A stretch of DNA of 32,000 nt. Origin: Nostoc punctiforme PCC 73102 (GTDB lineage: Bacteria > Cyanobacteriota > Cyanobacteriia > Cyanobacteriales > Nostocaceae). Every line of letters begins with the position of its first letter. Positions within the stretch are counted from its first letter, which is position 1. Shown piece after piece: positions 9,756-16,721 of the stretch. The position numbers and the translations under genes were made by a program. The notes beneath the pieces were generated by a model. That model had not been told where the DNA came from and did not search any database. It was given only the letters and a program-made list of their open reading frames with translations. Location of the stretch: assembly GCF_000020025.1 (NCBI RefSeq), contig NC_010631.1:150001-182000 (forward strand). The letters run 5' to 3'.

Positions 9756-9761
9756 AGATAA

Positions 9762-10184
9762 TTAGCCCCAACAACCAGTAGGACACAAGCCCCGTCTTTC
9801 AGGACGATTGCATTGGTGGGGGTTCCAAGCCCCGACCAATGCTGTCTTCCCTACACCCAACACCCTACCCCCCACACCCTTCTTCATGACTTCAGCAACA
9901 GCTAATGCTACACGAATTGAAAGTAAAAGATGAGTTTCAAGTTCTTTCAGGGAACCTTGAGCTATGTATAAAAATTGAATATATTCACCTCTTGTTCTTC
10001 TACCATAACCTTCTGCAATATTAGCTGGAATAGAAACAGAGGCTCTCCTAATTTGTGATATCATGCCGTATGTTTCCTCTTTCGGAAATTGTTTTGTGAC
10101 TCTATAACATTCTTCTGCTAAATTCATAGCTTCTTGCCAAACTTTTAAGTCTTGATACGACTGTATTGACGGTTTATCATTCAT
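9762..10184 (-). CDS. Four-helix-bundle protein (23S rRNA intervening-sequence protein / Avd-like family), native C-terminus apparently replaced
   Basis: The N-terminal ~95 aa (YQDLKVWQEAMNLAEECYRVTKQFPKEETYGMISQIRRASVSIPANIAEGYGRRTRGEYIQFLYIAQGSLKELETHLLLS) are typical of the family. After that the ORF runs through the heptamer tract 9849-9879 and a strong hairpin, so the last ~40 codons look non-native. Confidence 0.65.
   Translation of the reverse strand: MNDKPSIQSYQDLKVWQEAMNLAEECYRVTKQFPKEETYGMISQIRRASVSIPANIAEGYGRRTRGEYIQFLYIAQGSLKELETHLLLSIRVALAVAEVMKKGVGGRVLGVGKTALVGAWNPHQCNRPERRGLCPTGCWG
9849..9879. repeat. Heptanucleotide tandem repeat (CCCTACA-type, inverted orientation)
   Basis: ccctacacccaacaccctaccccccacaccc, the reverse-complement type of the tracts at 9565 and 9719. 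Confidence 0.85.
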
Positions 10185-10238
10185 AATTTATTTAATAAGA
10201 AGACTATATTAAATTTTGCATTCGCTCAATAATATCAA

Positions 10239-10267
10239 CTACACCCTACACCCCACACCCCACACCC
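10239..10267. repeat. Heptanucleotide tandem repeat (CCCTACA/CCCCACA-type)
   Basis: ctacaccctacaccccacaccccacaccc. It lies between the four-helix-bundle gene start and the recombinase stop. Confidence 0.9.
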
Positions 10268-10269
10268 TT

Positions 10270-11277
10270 TTATTCTTCTTCACCGATTGCTCGATAATAA
10301 GCAGCGATCGCAGCTTCTTGTTCACTGCGAAGGGTATAGCGCCGAAACGCTTTCTCGCTTTGATGCCCTGTTAATTTTCGTGCATGGCTGGGGTCAACTC
10401 CCAATAGCAATAAGTCAGTAGCGTAAGTATGCCGAAAGGAGTGAGGATGCAAGTCTTCGATAAGAGCTATTTCACCGATTTTTTCCACAGCGAAGTAAAT
10501 GCCGTGATAACTCAAGCGTTCACCTTTGTATGAAGCATGGTGTGAAATCATCAGTGGGCTGAGACTAGTTAACACCTCACCGCTTTGTTGGCGCGTAAGC
10601 AAATACTGTGCCAAAACTTCTCGGCTTTCCTTTTTTAGTGGAACTAAGCGTGGTTCGTTGGTTTTGGTGTCTGGTAAAAACAGCAGCTTGCCATCAAATG
10701 AGCCAACATTTAGCTGTACAACTTCCCCTGCCCGGAGTCCATGACTGAGAATGTGGACGAGTGCTGTATCTCGTTGCTTTGTTTCTCCCAATAACTCCAA
10801 CGCTGACCAAACCTGTTCCATTTCTTCAGGGGTCAAACTTTGGGCTGGTGGCAGTGGCACTTTTTCCAGTTTTATCCCCAGTGTCGGATTAGTAGAAATA
10901 ATTTCAGGATACGTGTAACACATCCATTTGAAAAAGCTTTTGAGAGCCGCAATTCCTGCGTTGATGCTGCTTTTTGAAAGCGGTTTACCTGCATCAGTCC
11001 GTATTTCATCTCGTAGGTATTCTTTATATAGCGCAAGGTGACGTGGGCGCAGTTCATGATAGTGTAGCTCACTCCAAGCCAAAAACCTTTTGAGTTCGCG
11101 TTCGTAAAGCTTGCGGCTGTTGGGTGCGAGATTGTTGCTGCGTAAAAATTCCAGAACTTTTACCCACCGAATATCGGTTGGTGGTCTTCTAGTTTCTCCT
11201 AGCTGTGTGAAATGTAGAGCTTCACGATCAAGGGGAATGAGTTTGATCTTAGGTAAAGAATCTGCGCTGTAGTTCAT
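10270..11277 (-). CDS. Tyrosine-type site-specific recombinase/integrase
   Basis: 335-aa ORF with an N-terminal SAM-like core-binding region and a catalytic region: HGLRAGEV (Arg), HSFRHTYATDLL (HxxR), LTGHQSEKAFRRY (His...Tyr). Confidence 0.9.
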   Translation of the reverse strand: MNYSADSLPKIKLIPLDREALHFTQLGETRRPPTDIRWVKVLEFLRSNNLAPNSRKLYERELKRFLAWSELHYHELRPRHLALYKEYLRDEIRTDAGKPLSKSSINAGIAALKSFFKWMCYTYPEIISTNPTLGIKLEKVPLPPAQSLTPEEMEQVWSALELLGETKQRDTALVHILSHGLRAGEVVQLNVGSFDGKLLFLPDTKTNEPRLVPLKKESREVLAQYLLTRQQSGEVLTSLSPLMISHHASYKGERLSYHGIYFAVEKIGEIALIEDLHPHSFRHTYATDLLLLGVDPSHARKLTGHQSEKAFRRYTLRSEQEAAIAAYYRAIGEEE

Positions 11278-11337
11278 CCAGTTTTGTGTAAATTATTAAG
11301 TATTAAGTATTAAATATAATCCTGTATTGATTTGAGA

Positions 11338-11661
11338 TTATTCATCTGGTGGTGAGGTAGTCATGACTTCTACGACGGTACGATCATGACCGGTTAGTGC
11401 CTGCTCCCATGTAGAATAACGCTGCATTCTCCCGTGATGAGGCCCGCCTAAAACCATCGTTTCAAAAAGCAACGGGGGATCTCCAAAAGTGAGATCGAAT
11501 CCCGAAGAACTAGTTGATACTTTGGCATCCCCAACTATAGTTTCGGCAACTAGATGTTTTAGTGAATCTTGTACTGAGTGTAAATAATTTTGCCACTCTG
11601 ACAACGAATTAACAGCAACAGGGGTATGTCCTACTAGTTTGTAATAAAGCATGATTGACAA
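11338..11661 (-). CDS. Small hypothetical protein (107 aa)
   Basis: Clean ORF directly upstream of, and co-oriented with, the recombinase. The motif LLFETMVLGG...RYSTWEQALTGH resembles small phage-associated hypothetical proteins; this is from memory, not a search. Confidence 0.5.
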   Translation of the reverse strand: MSIMLYYKLVGHTPVAVNSLSEWQNYLHSVQDSLKHLVAETIVGDAKVSTSSSGFDLTFGDPPLLFETMVLGGPHHGRMQRYSTWEQALTGHDRTVVEVMTTSPPDE

Positions 11662-11795
11662 CTTGTGGCTATCACAACAAAATTTTACACGATTTTATAC
11701 AAAGTAAAGTAATCCTTTTGCTACCTCATAGCTCTCTATTGACTAATATATGCTCAATCGGAATAGTGGCAAATATTCTGCATTTTGCATCATGT

Positions 11796-12131
11796 TTATT
11801 CCACAGCAAATCCCGATAGTTGGCGCATTTTAGGAGTATGAAAGCCGATAACAATATCTTGTTTATCTATACCCATTTCCATTAATTCTAAAGCAATATC
11901 CGCTTCCGTTGTATTTTGTTGAATCCAAATTTTATTATTCTTGATATCTAAGTGCATTATTGGCCCGTAAATCCGATGCTGATTATTCCATCCAACGCTA
12001 ATAATTTGATAATGGTCATGTTCTTCATCAAAAATTTGTTCTACTTCTACATCTCCGTAACTAGGCTTGTACTGGAGATGTTTAGTTAAGAGTTGCCTAA
12101 CTTTTGTCCGATATTCATTTAATTTATCCAT
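11796..12131 (-). CDS. xisI: XisI family protein
   Basis: 111 aa. YRTKVRQLLTKH...DHYQIISVGWNNQHRIYGPIMHLDIKNNKIWIQQNTTE...IVIGFH is characteristic of XisI. The start overlaps the xisH stop by 13 nt. Confidence 0.9.
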   Translation of the reverse strand: MDKLNEYRTKVRQLLTKHLQYKPSYGDVEVEQIFDEEHDHYQIISVGWNNQHRIYGPIMHLDIKNNKIWIQQNTTEADIALELMEMGIDKQDIVIGFHTPKMRQLSGFAVE

Positions 12132-12532
12132 TGTTCTATTGCCTCCGTTTCCACATTATAAATAATTAACTTCAATTTGTTTTCATTGACTACAGTTTGG
12201 ATAAAAGACAAGTTAAAGAAGTCGTTATAAGTTACCAATGGTACAGCTAAATATAAGTTTCTATTTGGCTCTTCAACACGCAACGCTGTTCGATAATTAA
12301 TAAATTGTCCTAGCGCCATGTGAAATTCAGAAATTTTTGAGGCACTCACAAAATTTTTGATTTCAACTGCTATTTTTTCTCCTGCTTTTTCGGCAGCTAG
12401 AAGTCGCTCTGCACCTAAATCAATTTGAACATCAACCCCGCCACATCTAATATTGAGCGGATCATCTGTAATTACCCAACCCTCTTTTTCTAATGCAGAC
12501 CTCACTATATTGTGGAATAAATCACGAGCCAT
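12119..12532 (-). CDS. xisH: XisH family protein
   Basis: 137 aa. MARDLFHNIVRSALEKEGWVITDDPL...DLGAERLLAAEKAGEKIAVEIK is characteristic of XisH. It forms the usual xisH-xisI pair. Confidence 0.9.
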   Translation of the reverse strand: MARDLFHNIVRSALEKEGWVITDDPLNIRCGGVDVQIDLGAERLLAAEKAGEKIAVEIKNFVSASKISEFHMALGQFINYRTALRVEEPNRNLYLAVPLVTYNDFFNLSFIQTVVNENKLKLIIYNVETEAIEQWIN

Positions 12533-12541
12533 AGTTTTAAT

Positions 12542-12580
12542 GAAGTCGGAAGTCGGAGGTCGGAAGTCGGAGGTCGAAAG
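12542..12580. repeat. Heptanucleotide tandem repeat (GAAGTCG/GAGGTCG-type)
   Basis: gaagtcggaagtcggaggtcggaagtcggaggtcgaaag. It is the inverted partner of 13079-13111. Confidence 0.9.
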
Positions 12581-12594
12581 TAAAAATGTGTAAC

Positions 12595-13050
12595 TCAGAT
12601 GGGGGGTATTGCTTTCGAGTTCACAGTAGTTGTCAATTCTGAGTGCTTATCTCTTGCAACCACTATCTTCCTACTGCGAAGTTTATTGCCATTTAATCTC
12701 TCTTTAATTTTGCGTGTAGAGGCTACGAGTATCTTTACCATCTCATCAGCTTCCTGAAGTAAAGAAGAAAATTTAGCTTTTTCTACAACTTCAGACTCAA
12801 TTAAAATTTCTAGCCAATATTCAGTTTCGCGCGCTTCCTTTAAAGCGATTTCCATCTTATGCAAAAAGTCTTTATCAGACTGAGCCGAACGTGACTCCCG
12901 TATATTTGCACCAACACTTGTTCCAGAACGCAACAGTTGCTTTGATAGAGTGCGGCAAATACCTGGTTTTTCGTCCAGAAAGCTGCAAGCTTTGATGATT
13001 CTAATTGCAAACGCCTTACTCCTGTCAGCAATCCCAACATTTTTATCCAC
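12595..13050 (-). CDS. Four-helix-bundle protein (23S rRNA intervening-sequence protein / Avd-like family)
   Basis: 151 aa. KAFAIRIIKACSFL...LSKQLLRSGTSVGANIRESRSAQSDKDFLHKMEIALKEARETEYWLEIL is typical of the family. Confidence 0.85.
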   Translation of the reverse strand: MDKNVGIADRSKAFAIRIIKACSFLDEKPGICRTLSKQLLRSGTSVGANIRESRSAQSDKDFLHKMEIALKEARETEYWLEILIESEVVEKAKFSSLLQEADEMVKILVASTRKIKERLNGNKLRSRKIVVARDKHSELTTTVNSKAIPPI

Positions 13051-13078
13051 AACTGCACCTACTCCACTTCCATATTTT

Positions 13079-13111
13079 AACTTCCGACTTCCGACCTCCG
13101 ACCTCCGACTT
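13079..13111. repeat. Heptanucleotide tandem repeat (CTTCCGA/CCTCCGA-type)
   Basis: aacttccgacttccgacctccgacctccgactt, the reverse-complement type of 12542-12580. Together the two tracts bracket the 12595-13050 gene. Confidence 0.9.
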
Positions 13112-13218
13112 GAAAATAATATAGCACGTTAAACACAAAATAAGTAACCCTTATCTTTTATCCGATATAAACTACGATTAAAATACACGAACCCCAGTGT
13201 AGAGGAATAAAAAAGTTC

Positions 13219-13555
13219 TGTCGGTTTGCAGACTAAATGAAATTTGTGCGGACTAAGTGAAATTTTGTTGCAGACTAATTGAAAATCTGCTTGTGTAACC
13301 CTCATTCTTTCGTAATCCCAGAGCGTAGGCGTAGCCCGCCGTAGGCATCGCTACTTACAAAGTTTTGCTTCAAAGCCTTGTGCGGTAATAAATTGGGACG
13401 TTTTATGTCCATTTTGTGGAAAATTTCATTTAGTCTGCGAATTTAGGGGGAAAATTTCACTTAGTCCGCGAAAAAATTTCATTTAGTCTGCAACAAAGGT
13501 TCCTCAAACCCTTATTATTACGTTGAAAAAATTTCATTTAGTCTGCAAACGCACA
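13219..13555 (+). mobile_element. Non-autonomous mini Tn7-like element (MITE-like), copy 1
   Basis: Tips are TGTCGGTTTGCAGACTAAATGAAATTT and its inverted partner AAATTTCATTTAGTCTGCAAACGCACA (25 of 27 match). There are three direct 19-bp sites TGCrGACTAAnTGAAAwTy at 13227, 13247 and 13269, and four inverted copies at 13421, 13452, 13474 and 13529, which is the Tn7 3+4 end architecture. No ORF. The flanking duplication is GTTC, or AGTTC if the last A is counted as flank. Confidence 0.85.
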
Positions 13556-13649
13556 GTTCAACAATAAATAATAAAGTCCAACAATAAATAAAAAAGTTCT
13601 ACAATTTCTGGATGTGCATGGTCTGGGCAGATCCAGAAAGGTAAGCTTT

Positions 13650-14471
13650 ATGGCCAGAGGTAGGCAGGAGTGGACTCAAGCCAAGTTTGAACGCTACATC
13701 AAAGAAGGTCGCGGTCAAGGTAGTGGAGAGAAGTATAAGCCTTGGATCACTGTCTCCGATTTCTCCTCAATGGGCAGATCAGCAAGAAGCCCTGGTTGGA
13801 AGACCAATCGGGTGCATCATTTCTTATCAGACCATGAGCGGCGGCTGTTTTATCTGTTCGAGTGGTCAGATATTGTCGTAGATATCAGGGAGCAATTCCC
13901 CCTGCTCAACCTAGACTTATGTACGAGTATCGCTAGTGACATGGGAGTGAAATACCCCACTGACCCAGTTAGTGGTATACCTTACGTTTTAACTACTGAC
14001 TTCATGCTAACAGCCAATAAATCGGGTAAGTCAGTTCAAATTGCTCGAACAGTCAAACCATCTTCAGATTTGGAAAAAAAATCAGTAGCTGAGAAATTTG
14101 AGTTAGAAAGACGCTATTATGCTGACCAAAATATTGACTGGGGAATTGTAACAGAAAAAGAAATTCCCAGGCTTTTAGCTCTGAATATTGAGTGGATTCA
14201 TTCTTCCTACTCATTAGAAGCGACTACCGAAATGGCAGTTGAGGAACTACGAGGACTCTCAAGTATTTTAAAGTCTCGGCTCCAAAAAAGTAGTGCCACT
14301 ATCAACAAAGTGACAACAGCTTTAGACAGAGAAATGAATATAGAATCTGGGACATCACTAATGCTTTTTAAGCATCTGATTGCCACCAAAGAAATATTGA
14401 TGGATATGGAATCAACCAAAATATCTAGCTGTCCTTCAGTTCAAACAATTCAAAAAATTATTATTAAGTAA
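13650..14471 (+). CDS. tnsA: TnsA-like transposition endonuclease
   Basis: ORF 13614 (GTG)-14471; the ATG at 13650 (MARGRQEW) is preferred. YKPWITVSDFSSMGRS...VHHFLSDHERRLFYLFEWS...IREQFP...YVLTTDFML fits the TnsA N-terminal nuclease layout. It is the first gene after the element's end. Confidence 0.85.
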   Translation: MARGRQEWTQAKFERYIKEGRGQGSGEKYKPWITVSDFSSMGRSARSPGWKTNRVHHFLSDHERRLFYLFEWSDIVVDIREQFPLLNLDLCTSIASDMGVKYPTDPVSGIPYVLTTDFMLTANKSGKSVQIARTVKPSSDLEKKSVAEKFELERRYYADQNIDWGIVTEKEIPRLLALNIEWIHSSYSLEATTEMAVEELRGLSSILKSRLQKSSATINKVTTALDREMNIESGTSLMLFKHLIATKEILMDMESTKISSCPSVQTIQKIIIK

Positions 14472-14492
14472 TAGGGAATCAGGAAAAATTGA

Positions 14493-16721
14493 ATGAATAA
14501 TAATTTATTTGTCAACGACCTCATAGAATGGATAGACTCAGACCCTCCCAACTTGATTGAGAGAGTTCTGTGGATTGATTCTGGTTATAACATTGCCTTT
14601 GTTTTTGATATAAATGCCAAGAAAGGGTTTCCCGAAGCGAAAAAAGTTTCAGAAATAAGAGTTGCAATTCATACAGAACAAGCACTGAAGCTTAAACAAG
14701 ACCCTTGGGCAAGGCATTTGAGTGATGAAGATTTAACCAAGATACAAAAAGATTATAGAGAAAATGCTTGGTCACTAATTTCATCCCTGGTTGAAAAAGA
14801 ACCGGACATATACTATCGTTCGTCACGGGGTTCGCTTATCAAGCAGGTTGTTGAACAATATAACCAGGGGAGAAGTGAAAATAAATTAGTCGAAAAAACA
14901 GTTTATGAATATTTGAGAAGATTCTGGCAGAGAGGGAAAAATCAAAATGCGCTTTTACCTGACTATTCAAATTGTGGAGGTCTCGGAAAGCCCAAAAAAT
15001 GTGGAGAAAAGAAACGAGGAAGACCAAGAAAATATGCCCATGAACCAGAAATTGGTGTAGGGATTAATGTAACAGACGATGATCTGAAAATTTTTAGAAT
15101 TTCCATAGCCAAATTTTACAACAATGACAAACAGAATTCTTTGAGGACTACTTATAAATTAATGATTAGGGAATATTATTCATCAGATATTCGTTATGAC
15201 GAAAATGGGGTAAAAAAATCCCTATTAATTCCCCCCGAACTTAGGCCGACATTCACTCAATTGAAATATTGGTATGAAGTCGAACTATCAGATATCAAAA
15301 AAAGTATTACAGAACGAAAGGGAGCGAAAAGATTTGCTTTGGAGCATAGAGCAATTTTAGAAACATCTAAGATGGAAACCATTGGGCCCGGTTCTAGATA
15401 CCAAATTGATGCCACAATTGCAGATGTATATTTGGTTTCTAAATACAACTCTAACTGGATTATTGGCAGACCAGTAATTTATGTAATCATTGATGTTTTC
15501 AGCCGAATGATTGTGGGGGTTTATGTTGGTTTAGAGGGGCCTTCTTGGACAGGAGCAATGATGGCTCTAGCTAATGCAGCCACAGATAAAATACAGTTTT
15601 GTCAGGAATATGGCATTAATATTTCCTCTACAGAATGGCCTTGCCACCATCTGCCAGATGCAATTTTGGGCGACCGAGGCGAACTTGCAGGGATGGCAGT
15701 AGAGACATTAATCCCAAATCTCAATGTCCGAATTGAAAATGCTGCACCTTACCGTGCTGATTGGAAGGGTTTAGTAGAGAGGTACTTCCGTACAATTCAT
15801 GGTCATGTCAAACCATTTTTACCCGGTTATATAGACACAGATTTTAGACAAAGAGGGGGGCGAGACTATCGTCTTGATAGCAGAGTTAACATAGAGCAGT
15901 TTACTGAAATTATTATCCACTTAATTCGCTATCACAATAATCATCATTACCTGGCCAGTTATGATAGGGAAGAAATGATGATTACTGATAATGTAAATCC
16001 CATACCCATAGAATTATGGAAGTGGGGGATAGAAAATCGTTCTGGTAGACTCAGGACTTTTCCTGAAGATATAATCAAGCTAAATTTGATGCCAAATAAT
16101 AAAGCGACCATCACCGCTCGTGGCATCAAATTTAAGGGAATGTATTACAGTTGTGAGAAGGCATTGAAAGAATTCTGGTTTGAAAAAGCTAGAAGTAATT
16201 TGCTCTCCAAATCAGATAAATTATTAGATATTTCTTACGACTATCGCAAACCCAATTTTATCTATGTCCGCTCTCCTGATGGTAGAGATTTTGAGAAGTG
16301 CTTCCTTTTAGATCCAGAAGAGCGTTATTCTCAGAAAAATATACATGATATTGAATATTTACTCGCTTATGAAGAGTGGCTTTATCAGAAAAGTCAAGGC
16401 AATGAACTTCAAGCTTGTGTTGACTTAATAGCTGACATTGAAAGTGTTGTCAACAGAGCTAATGATTTAGCCTCTGTAACTGTTGATAATAGGGTAAGTG
16501 ATAACCAAAAAGTTGCTGGGATTAGGAGAAATAGAGCTTCAGAGAAGGCTAAACGACGCGACTATGAGGGGTTCGAGTTAGCTAAGAGAGAAACTCCTAT
16601 TCCTGAGACAGTTATGCCGAGCAAAAATTCTGACTCTAAAGAAAATAAATCATTACAGCCTGACCATTTGGAGCTTCTGAGAAAGAAGCGCCAGGAGCAT
16701 TTTAATGAACATAGAGAATGA
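14493..16721 (+). CDS. tnsB: TnsB-like DDE transposase
   Basis: 742 aa with an rve-type DDE core: YQIDATIADVYLV, VIYVIIDVFSRMIVGVYVG, ILGDRGELAG, and YRADWKGLVERYFRTIH (Mu/Tn7 family). Confidence 0.92.
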   Translation: MNNNLFVNDLIEWIDSDPPNLIERVLWIDSGYNIAFVFDINAKKGFPEAKKVSEIRVAIHTEQALKLKQDPWARHLSDEDLTKIQKDYRENAWSLISSLVEKEPDIYYRSSRGSLIKQVVEQYNQGRSENKLVEKTVYEYLRRFWQRGKNQNALLPDYSNCGGLGKPKKCGEKKRGRPRKYAHEPEIGVGINVTDDDLKIFRISIAKFYNNDKQNSLRTTYKLMIREYYSSDIRYDENGVKKSLLIPPELRPTFTQLKYWYEVELSDIKKSITERKGAKRFALEHRAILETSKMETIGPGSRYQIDATIADVYLVSKYNSNWIIGRPVIYVIIDVFSRMIVGVYVGLEGPSWTGAMMALANAATDKIQFCQEYGINISSTEWPCHHLPDAILGDRGELAGMAVETLIPNLNVRIENAAPYRADWKGLVERYFRTIHGHVKPFLPGYIDTDFRQRGGRDYRLDSRVNIEQFTEIIIHLIRYHNNHHYLASYDREEMMITDNVNPIPIELWKWGIENRSGRLRTFPEDIIKLNLMPNNKATITARGIKFKGMYYSCEKALKEFWFEKARSNLLSKSDKLLDISYDYRKPNFIYVRSPDGRDFEKCFLLDPEERYSQKNIHDIEYLLAYEEWLYQKSQGNELQACVDLIADIESVVNRANDLASVTVDNRVSDNQKVAGIRRNRASEKAKRRDYEGFELAKRETPIPETVMPSKNSDSKENKSLQPDHLELLRKKRQEHFNEHRE

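Noticed and set aside
9762-13050. Diversity-generating retroelement, because Avd proteins belong to the same four-helix-bundle family
   Set aside because: There is no reverse transcriptase ORF and no template/variable repeat pair anywhere in the window.
12840-13132. ORFs 12840-13058 (minus) and 12950-13132 (plus)
   Set aside because: They overlap the well-supported four-helix-bundle gene or run through the heptamer array. No independent support.
13227-13547. Closely spaced 19-bp repeats (TGCAGACTAAATGAAATTT), considered as a possible mini CRISPR array or guide locus of a CRISPR-associated transposon
   Set aside because: The repeats are arranged as 3 direct plus 4 inverted copies inside terminal inverted repeats with TGT/ACA tips, which is typical transposase-binding architecture. 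The spacings are 1-34 bp rather than spacer-sized, and no cas12k or Cascade genes occur in the window.
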